This document shows positions 54,900 to 64,000 of a DNA stretch of 64,000 bases, in pieces (the stretch's first letter is position 1; the number at the start of each line of letters is the position of its first letter). The notes under the pieces are model-generated. The model was given only the letters and a program-made list of their open reading frames with translations, ran no database searches and was not told the DNA's origin. This stretch comes from the human T2T-CHM13v2.0 reference genome, Homo sapiens. The stretch lies in assembly GCF_009914755.1 (NCBI RefSeq), contig NC_060935.1; one strand, 5' to 3'. The position numbers were made by a program, and so were the translations under genes.

Positions 54900-57800
54900 T
54901 TTGGAGGGCTTTGAGGCCTGTGGTGGAAAAGGATACTCTTCACATAAAAACTAGATGGAAGCATTCTCAGAAACTACTTTGTGATGATTGCATTCGACTC
55001 ACAGAGTTGAACATTCCTATAGATAGAGCAGGTTGTAAACAATCTTTTTGTAGAATCTGCGATTGGAGATTTGGACTGCTTTGAGGCCTACTGTAGTAAA
55101 GGAAATAACTTCATCTAAAAACCAAACGGAAGCATTCACAGACAATTCTTAGTGATCCTTGGATAGAACTAACAGAGCTGAACATTCCTTTAGATGGAGC
55201 AGTTTCCAAACACACTTTCTGTAGAATCTGCAAGTGGATATTTGGACCTCTCTGAGGATTTCGTTGGAAACGGGATAAACTTCCTAGAACTACACGAAAG
55301 TATTCTGAGAAACTTCTTTGTGATGTTTGCATTCAACTCACAGAGTTGAACCTTGCTTTCATAGTTCAGCTTTCAAACACTCTTTTTGTAGAATCTGCAA
55401 GTGGATATTTGGACCACTTTGTGGCCTTCCTTCGAAACGGGTATATCTTCACATCAAACCTAGACAGAAGCATTCTCAGAATGTTTCCTGTGATGACTGC
55501 ATTCAACTCACAGAGGTGAACAATCCTGCTGATGGAGCAGTTTTGAAACTCTCTTTCTTTGGATTCTGCAAGTGGATATGTGGACCTCTGTGAAGATTTC
55601 ATTGGAAACGGGTTTATCTTCACAGAAAAACTAAACAGAAGCATTCTCAGAAACTGCTTTGTGATGTTTGTGTTCCACTTCAAGAATTGAACTTTCCTCT
55701 TGACAGAGCAGCTCTGAAACCCTCTTTTTCTAGAATCTGCAAGTTGACATTTGGAGGGCTTTGAGGCCTGTGTGGAAAAGGAAAATCTTCACATAAAAAC
55801 TAGATGGAAGCATTCTCAGAAACTACTTTGCGATGATTGCATTCGACTCACAGAGTTGAACATTCCTATAGATAGAGCAGGTTGTAAACAATCTTTTTGT
55901 AGAATCTGCGATTGGAGATTTGGACTGCTTTGAGGCCTACTGTAGTAAAGGAAATAACTTCATCTAAAAACCAAACGGAAGCATTCACAGAAAATTCTTA
56001 GTGATCATTGGCTTGAACTAACAGAGCTGAACATTCCTTTAGATGGAGCAGTTTCCAAACACACTTTCTGTAGAATCTGCAAGTGGATATTTGGACCTCT
56101 CTGAGGATTTCGTTGGAAACGGGATAAACTTCCCAGAACTACACGGAAGCATTCTGAGAAACTTCTTTGTGATGTTTGCATTCAACTCACAGAGTTGAAC
56201 CTTGCTTTCATAGTTCAGCTTTCAAACACTCTTTTTGTAGGATCTGCAAGTGGATATTTGACCACTTTGTGGCCTTCCTTCGAAACGGGTATATCTTCAC
56301 ATCAAACCTAGACAGAAGCATTCTCAGAATGTTTTCTGTGATGACTGCATTCAACTCACAGAGGTGAACAATCCTGCTGATGGAGCAGTTTTGAAACTCT
56401 CTTTCTTTGGATTCTGCAAGTGGATATGTGGACCTCTGTGAAGATTTCGTTGGAAACGGGTTCATCTTCACAGAAAAACTAAACAGGAGCATTCTCAGAA
56501 ACTGCTTTGTGATGTTTGTGTTCCACTTCAGGAATTGAACTTTCCTCTTGACAGAGCAGCTCTGAAACCCTCTTTTTCTAGAATCTGCAAGTGGACATTT
56601 GGAGGGCTTTGAGGCCTGTGGTGGAAAAGGAAACTCTTCACATAAAAACTAGATGGAAGCATTCTCAGAAACTACTTTGTGATGATTGCATTCGACTCAC
56701 AGAGTTGAACATTCCTATAGATAGAGCAGGTTGTAAACAATCTTTTTGTAGAATCTGCGATTGGAGATTTGGACTGCTTTGAGGCCTACTGTAGTAAAGG
56801 AAATAACTTCATCTAAAAACCAAACGGAAGCATTCACAGACAATTCTTAGTGATCATTGGATTGAACTAACAGAGCTGAACATTCCTTTAGATGGCGCAG
56901 TTTCCAAACACACTTTCTGTAGAATCTGCAAGTGGATATTTGGACCTCTCTGAGGATTTCGTTGGAAACGGGATAAACTTCCCAGAACTACACGGAAGCA
57001 TTCTGAGAAACTTCTTTGTGATGTTTGCATTCAACTCACAGAGTTGAACCTTGCTTTCATAGTTCAGCTTTCAAACACTCTTTTTGTAGAATCTGCAAGT
57101 GGATATTTGGACCACTTTGTGGCCTTCCTTCGAAACGGGTATATCTTCACATCAAACCTAGACAGAAGCATTCTCAGAATGTTTCCTGTGATGACTGCAT
57201 TCCACTCACAGAGGTGCACAATCCTGCTGATGGACCAGTTTTGAAACTCTCTTTCTTTGGATTCTGCAAGTGGATATGTGGACCTCTGTGAAGATTTCGT
57301 TGGAAACGGGTTCATCTTCACAGAAAAACTAAGCAGGAGCATTCTCAGAAACTGCTTTGTGATGTTTGTGTTCCACTTCAGGAATTGAACTTTCCTCTTG
57401 ACAGAGCAGCTCTGAAACCCTCTTTTTCTAGAATCTGCAAGTGGACATTTGGAGGGCTTTGAGGCCTGTGGTGGAAAAGGAAAATCTTCACATAAAAACT
57501 AGATGGAAGCATTCTCAGAAACTACTTTGTGATGATTGCATTCGACTCACAGAGTTGAACATTCCTATAGATAGAGCAGGTTGTAAACAATCTTTTTGTA
57601 GAATCTGCGATTGGAGATTTGGACTGCTTTGAGGCCTACTGTAGTAAAGGAAATAACTTCATCTAAAAACCAAACGGAAGCATTCACAGACAATTCTTAG
57701 TGATCATTGGATTGAACTAACAGAGCTGAACATTCCTTTAGATGGAGCGGTTTCCAAACTCACTTTCTGTAGAATCTGCAAGTGGATATTTGGACCTCTC

Positions 57801-60800
57801 TGAGGATTTCATTGGAAACGAGATAAACTTCCAAGAACTACATGGAAGCATTCTGAGAAACTTCTTTGTGATGTTTGCATTCAACTCACAGAGTTGAACC
57901 TTGCTTTCATGGTTCAGCTTTCAAACACTCTTTTTGTAGAATCTGCAAGTGGATATTTGGACCACTTTGTGACCTTCCTTCGAAACGGGTATATCTTCAC
58001 ATCAAACCTAGACAGAAGCATTCTCAGAACATTTCCTGTGATGACTGCATTCAACTCACAGAGGTGAACAATCCTGCTGATGGAGCAGTTTTGAAACTCT
58101 CTTTCTTTGGATTCTGCAAGTGGATATGTGGACCTCTGTGAAGATTTCATTGGAAACGGGTTCATCTTCACAGAAAAACTAAACAGGAGCATTCTCAGAA
58201 ACTGCTTTGTGATGTTTGTGTTCCACTTCAGGAATTAAACTTTCCTCTTGACAGAGCAGCTCTGAAACCCTCTTTTTCTAAAATCTGCAAGTGGACATTT
58301 GGAGGGCTTTGAGGCCTGTGGTGGAAAAGGAAAATCTTCACATAAAAACTAGATGGAAGCATTCTCAGAAACTACTTTGTGATGGTTGCATTCGACTCAC
58401 AGAGTTGAACATTCCTACAGATAGAGCAGGTTGTAAACAATCTTTTTGTAGAATCTGCGATTGGAGATTTGGACTGCTTTGAGGCCTACTGTAGTAAAGG
58501 AAATAACTTCATCTAAAAACCAAACGGAAGCATTCACAGACAATTCTTAGTGATCATTGGATTGAACTAACAGAGCTGAACATTCCTTTAGATGGAGCAG
58601 TTTCCAAACACACTTTCTGTAGAATCTGCAAGTGGATATTTGGACCTCTCTGAGGATTTCGTTGGAAACGGGATAAACTTCCCAGAACTACATGGAAGTA
58701 TTCTGAGAAACTTCTTTGTGATGTTTGCATTCAACTCACAGAGTTGAACCTTGCTTTCATGGTTCAGCTTTCAAACACTCTTTTTGTAGAATCTGCAAGT
58801 GGATATTTGGACCACTTTGTGGCCTTCCTTCAAAACGGGTATATCTTCACATCAAACCTAGACAGAAGCATTCTCAGAATGTTTCCTGTGATGACTGCAT
58901 TCAACTCACAGAGGTGAACAATCCTGCTGATGGAGCAGTTTTGAAACTCTCTTTCTTTGGATTCTGCAAGTGGATATGTGGACCTCTGTGAAGATTTCGT
59001 TGGAAACGGGTTCATCTTCACAGAAAAACTAAACAGGAGCATTCTCAGAAACTGCTTTGTGATGTTTGTGTTCCACTTCAGGAATTGAACTTTCCTCTTG
59101 ACAGAGCAGCTCTGAAACCCTCTTTTTCTAGAATCTGCAAGTGGACATTTGGAGGGCTTTGAGGCCAGTGGTGGAAAAGGAAAATCTTCACATAAAAACT
59201 AGATGGAAGCATTCTCAGAAACTACTTTGTGATGATTGCATTCGACTCACAGAGTTGAACATTCCTATAGATAGAGCAGGTTGTAAACAATCTTTTTGTA
59301 GAATCTGCGATTGGAGATTTGGACTGCTTTGAGGCCTACTGTAGTAAAGGAAATAACTTCATCTAAAAACCAAACGGAAGCATTCACAGACAATTCTTAG
59401 TGATCATTGGATTGAACTAACAGAGCTGAACATTCCTTTAGATGGCGCAGTTTCCAAACACACTTTCTGTAGAATCTGCCACTGGATATTTGGACCTCTC
59501 TGAGGATTTCGTTGGAAACGGGATAAACTTCCCAGAACTACACGGAAGCATTCTGAGAAACTTCTTTGTGATGTTTGCATTCAACTCACAGAGTTGAACC
59601 TTGCTTTCATAGTTCAGCTTTCAAACACTCTTTTTGTAGAATCTGCAAGTGGATATTTGGACCACTTTGTGGCCTTCCTTCGAAACTGGTATATCTTCAC
59701 ATCAAACCTAGACATAAGCATTCTCAGAATGTTTCCTGTGATGACTGCATTCAACTCACAGAGGTGAACAATCCTGCTGATGGAGCAGTTTTGAAACTCT
59801 CTTTCTTTGGATTCTGCAAGTGGATATGTGGACCTCTGTGAAGATTTCGTTGAAAACGGGTTCATCTTCACAGAAAAACTAAACAGAAGCATTCTCAGAA
59901 ACTGCTTTGTGATGTTTGTGTTCCACTTCAGGAATTGAACTTTCCTCTTGATAGATCAGCTCTCAAACCCTCTTTTTCTAGAATCTGCAAGTGGATATTT
60001 GGAGGGCTTTGAGGCCTGTGGTGGAAAAGGAAAATCTTCACATAAAAACTAGATGGAAGCATTCTCAGAAACTACTTTGTGATGATTGCATTCGACTCAC
60101 AGAGTTGAACATTCCTATAGATAGAGCAGGTTGTAAACAATCTTTTTGTAGAATCTGCGATTGGAGATTTGGACTGCTTTGAGGCCTACTGTAGTAAAGG
60201 AAATAACTTCATCTAAAAACCAAACGGAAGCATTCACAGACAATTCTTAGTGATCATTGGATTGAACTAACAGAGCTGAACATTCCATTAGATAGAGCAG
60301 TTTCCAAACACACTTTCTGTAGAATCTGCAAGTGGATATTTGGACTTCTCTGAGGATTTCGTTGGAAACGGGCTAAACTTCCCAGAACTACACGGAAGCA
60401 TTCTGAGAAACTTCTTTGTGATGTTTGCATTCAACTCACAGAGTTGAACCTTGCTTTCATAGTTCAGCTTTCAAACACTCTTTTTGTAGAATCTGCAAGT
60501 TTATGTTTGGACCACTTTGTGGCCTTCCTTCGAAACGGGTATATCTTCACATCAAACCTAGACAGAAGCATTCTCAGAATGTTTCCTGTGATGACTGCAT
60601 TCAACTCACAGAGGTGAACAATCCTGTTGATGGAGCAGTTTTGAAACTCTCTTTCTTAGGATTCTGCAAGTGGATATATGGATCTATGTGAAGATTTCGT
60701 TGGAAACGGGTTCATCTTCACAGAAAAACTAAACACAAGCATTCTCAGAAACTGCTTTGTGATGTTTGTGTTCCACTTCAGGAATTAAACTTTCCTCTTG

Positions 60801-61550
60801 ACAGAGCAGCTCTGAAACCCTCTTATTCTAGAATCTGCAAGTGGACATTTGGAGGGCTTTGAGGCCTGTGGTGGAAAAGGAAAATCTTCACATAAAAACT
60901 AGATGGAAGCATTCTCAGAAACTACTTTGTGATGATTGCATTCGACTCACAGAGTTGAACATTCCTATAGATAGAGCAGGTTGTAAACAATCTTTTTGTA
61001 GAATCTGCGATTGGAGATTTGGACTGCTTTGAGGCCTACTGTAGTAAAGGAAATAACTTCATCTAAAAACCAAACGGAAGCATTCACAGACAATTCTTAG
61101 TGATCATTGGATTGAACTAACAGAGCTGAACATTCCTTTAGATGGAGCAGTTTCCAAACACACTTTCTGTAGAATCTGCAAGTGGATATTTGGACCTCTC
61201 TGAGGATTTCGTTGGAAACGGGATAAACTTCCCAGAACTACACGGAAGTATTCTGAGAAACTTCTTTGTGATGTTTGCATTCAACTCACAGAGTTGAACC
61301 TTGCTTTCATAGTTCAGCTTTCAAACACTCTTTTTGTAGAATCTGCAAGTGGATATTTGGACCACTTTGTGGCCTTCCTTCGAAACGGGTATATCTTCAC
61401 ATCAAACCTAGACAGAAGCATTCTCAGAACGTTTCCTGTGATGACTGCATTCAACTCACAGAGGTGAACAATCCTGCTGATGGAGCAGTTTTGAAACTCT
61501 CTTTCTTTGGATTCTGAAAGTGGATATGTGGACCTCTGTGATGATTTCAT
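54900..61550 (+). repeat. Copy 2 of the ~8-HOR block (offset 16,998 bp)
   Basis: ORF-track variant pairs 37895/54893, 38753/55751, 39178/56176, 40027/57025, 40877/57875, 43427/60425 and 44277/61275 all differ by 16998. Confidence 0.9.
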
Positions 61551-64000
61551 TGGAAACGGGTTCATCTTCACAGAAAAACTAAACAGGAGCATTCTCAGAA
61601 ACTGCTTTGTGATGTTTGTGTTCCACTTCAGGAATTAAACTTTCCTCTTGACAGAGCAGCTCTGAAACCCTCTTTTTCTAAAATCTGCAAGTGGACATTT
61701 GGAGGGCTTTGAGGCCTGTGGTGGAAAAGGAAAATCTTCACATAAAAACTAGATGGAAGCATTCTCAGAAACTACTTTGTGATGGTTGCATTCGACTCAC
61801 AGAGTTGAACATTCCTACAGATAGAGCAGGTTGTAAACAATCTTTTTGTAGAATCTGCGATTGGAGATTTGGACTGCTTTGAGGCCTACTGTAGTAAAGG
61901 AAATAACTTCATCTAAAAACCAAACGGAAGCATTCACAGACAATTCTTAGTGATCATTGGATTGAACTAACAGAGCTGAACATTCCTTTAGATGGAGCAG
62001 TTTCCAAACACACTTTCTGTAGAATCTGCAAGTGGATATTTGGACCTCTCTGAGGATTTCGTTGGAAACGGGATAAACTTCCCAGAACTACATGGAAGTA
62101 TTCTGAGAAACTTCTTTGTGATGTTTGCATTCAACTCACAGAGTTGAACCTTGCTTTCATGGTTCAGCTTTCAAACACTCTTTTTGTAGAATCTGCAAGT
62201 GGATATTTGGACCACTTTGTGGCCTTCCTTCAAAACGGGTATATCTTCACATCAAACCTAGACAGAAGCATTCTCAGAATGTTTCCTGTGATGACTGCAT
62301 TCAACTCACAGAGGTGAACAATCCTGCTGATGGAGCAGTTTTGAAACTCTCTTTCTTTGGATTCTGCAAGTGGATATGTGGACCTCTGTGAAGATTTCGT
62401 TGGAAACGGGTTCATCTTCACAGAAAAACTAAACAGGAGCATTCTCAGAAACTGCTTTGTGATGTTTGTGTTCCACTTCAGGAATTGAACTTTCCTCTTG
62501 ACAGAGCAGCTCTGAAACCCTCTTTTTCTAGAATCTGCAAGTGGACATTTGGAGGGCTTTGAGGCCAGTGGTGGAAAAGGAAAATCTTCACATAAAAACT
62601 AGATGGAAGCATTCTCAGAAACTACTTTGTGATGATTGCATTCGACTCACAGAGTTGAACATTCCTATAGATAGAGCAGGTTGTAAACAATCTTTTTGTA
62701 GAATCTGCGATTGGAGATTTGGACTGCTTTGAGGCCTACTGTAGTAAAGGAAATAACTTCATCTAAAAACCAAACGGAAGCATTCACAGACAATTCTTAG
62801 TGATCATTGGATTGAACTAACAGAGCTGAACATTCCTTTAGATGGCGCAGTTTCCAAACACACTTTCTGTAGAATCTGCCACTGGATATTTGGACCTCTC
62901 TGAGGATTTCGTTGGAAACGGGCTAAACTTCCCAGAACTACACGGAAGCATTCTGAGAAACTTCTTTGTGATGTTTGCATTCAACTCACAGAGTTGAACC
63001 TTGCTTTCATAGTTCAGCTTTCAAACACTCTTTTTGTAGAATCTGCAAGTGGATATTTGGACCACTTTGTGGCCTTCCTTCGAAACGGGTATATCTTCAC
63101 ATCAAACCTAGACAGAAGCATTCTCAGAATGTTTCCTGTGATGACTGCATTCAACTCACAGAGGTGAACAATCCTGCTGATGGAGCAGTTTTGAAACTCT
63201 CTTTCTTTGGATTCTGCAAGTGGATATGTGGACCTCTGTGAAGATTTCGTTGAAAACGGGTTCATCTTCACAGAAAAACTAAACAGAAGCATTCTCAGAA
63301 ACTGCTTTGTGATGTTTGTGTTCCACTTCAGGAATTGAACTTTCCTCTTGATAGATCAGCTCTCAAACCCTCTTTTTCTAGAATCTGCAAGTGGATATTT
63401 GGAGGGCTTTGAGGCCTGTGGTGGAAAAGGAAAATCTTCACATAAAAACTAGATGGAAGCATTCTCAGAAACTACTTTGTGATGATTGCATTCGACTCAC
63501 AGAGTTGAACATTCCTATAGATAGAGCAGGTTGTAAACAATCTTTTTGTAGAATCTGCGATTGGAGATTTGGACTGCTTTGAGGCCTACTGTAGTAAAGG
63601 AAATAACTTCATCTAAAAACCAAACGGAAGCATTCACAGACAATTCTTAGTGATCATTGGATTGAACTAACAGAGCTGAACATTCCATTAGATAGAGCAG
63701 TTTCCAAACACACTTTCTGTAGAATCTGCAAGTGGATATTTGGACTTCTCTGAGGATTTCGTTGGAAACGGGCTAAACTTCCCAGAACTACACGGAAGCA
63801 TTCTGAGAAACTTCTTTGTGATGTTTGCATTCAACTCACAGAGTTGAACCTTGCTTTCATAGTTCAGCTTTCAAACACTCTTTTTGTAGAATCTGCAAGT
63901 TTATGTTTGGACCACTTTGTGGCCTTCCTTCGAAACGGGTATATCTTCACATCAAACCTAGACAGAAGCATTCTCAGAATGTTTCCTGTGATGACTGCAT
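58145..64000 (+). repeat. Tandem duplication of a 4-HOR unit (3,400-bp period), second copy truncated by the window end
   Basis: Variants at offset 3400: TTTCATTGG (58145/61545), TCTAAAA (~58277/61677), GATGGTTGC, CATGGTTC, GAGGCCAGTG (~59167/62567), ATAGATCAGC (~59955/63355), TTATGTTTGG (60501/63901). Confidence 0.88.

Larger units (their letters stand above)
1..64000 (+). repeat. Alpha-satellite higher-order repeat array, ~75 tandem copies of an ~850-bp 5-monomer HOR; SF3 type, most likely human chromosome 11 D11Z1
   Basis: Alphoid hallmark strings (CATTCTCAGAAAC, TTTGTGATG, CATTCAACTCACAGAG, GAATCTGCAAGTGG) recur every ~171 bp. Near-exact sequence recurs every 848-850 bp (equivalent ORF-track starts 104, 953, 1803 ... 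62975). The array runs off both window edges. An 850-bp XbaI pentamer is the classical description of D11Z1. Alpha-satellite identity is near certain; the chromosome assignment is slightly less so. Confidence 0.98.

Noticed and set aside
104-63582. About 230 short ORFs (60-120 aa; MHSTHRVEP..., MDIWRALRP..., MLLFSFSVK...)
   Set aside because: They recur every 850 bp, many begin at TTG/GTG, and they are freely frameshifted or truncated between copies. They are translations of satellite DNA with no recognisable domain.
1-64000. CRISPR-like repeat/spacer appearance of the conserved ~171-bp-spaced motifs
   Set aside because: The intervening sequence is homologous between units rather than unique spacers, the period is far too long, and there are no cas genes.
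1-64000. Hidden insertion, inversion or embedded unique sequence
   Set aside because: HOR phase is continuous (848-850 bp steps) from start to end, leaving no room for inserted sequence.

Overview
The whole 64 kb window is primate centromeric alpha-satellite DNA. It holds about 75 head-to-tail copies, all in one orientation, of an ~850-bp higher-order repeat (HOR) made of five ~171-bp monomers (box-to-box spacings 167/171/171/170/171). The 5-mer/850-bp period, the single XbaI site per unit and the B-B-B-A-A monomer order match suprachromosomal family 3 and the human chromosome 11 live array D11Z1. That assignment comes from recognition, not from a database search. Each HOR carries two intact CENP-B boxes, one fixed degenerate box and two A-type (pJalpha-like) boxes. 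I found no genes, RNA genes, transposon insertions, inversions or monomer-number variants. The ORF track is an artefact of translating the repeat. I do not see a new biological system. What is worth a second look is structure above the HOR, read by eye from shared SNVs and indels: a 4-HOR super-repeat domain (~9.4-23.4 kb) with two one-HOR deletions, a block duplicated at 16,998 bp (20 HORs), a terminal 3,400-bp duplication, a substitution-rich but indel-free segment (~44.6-54.4 kb), and a ~2-kb stretch with no intact CENP-B box (26.4-28.4 kb). Block boundaries are approximate.
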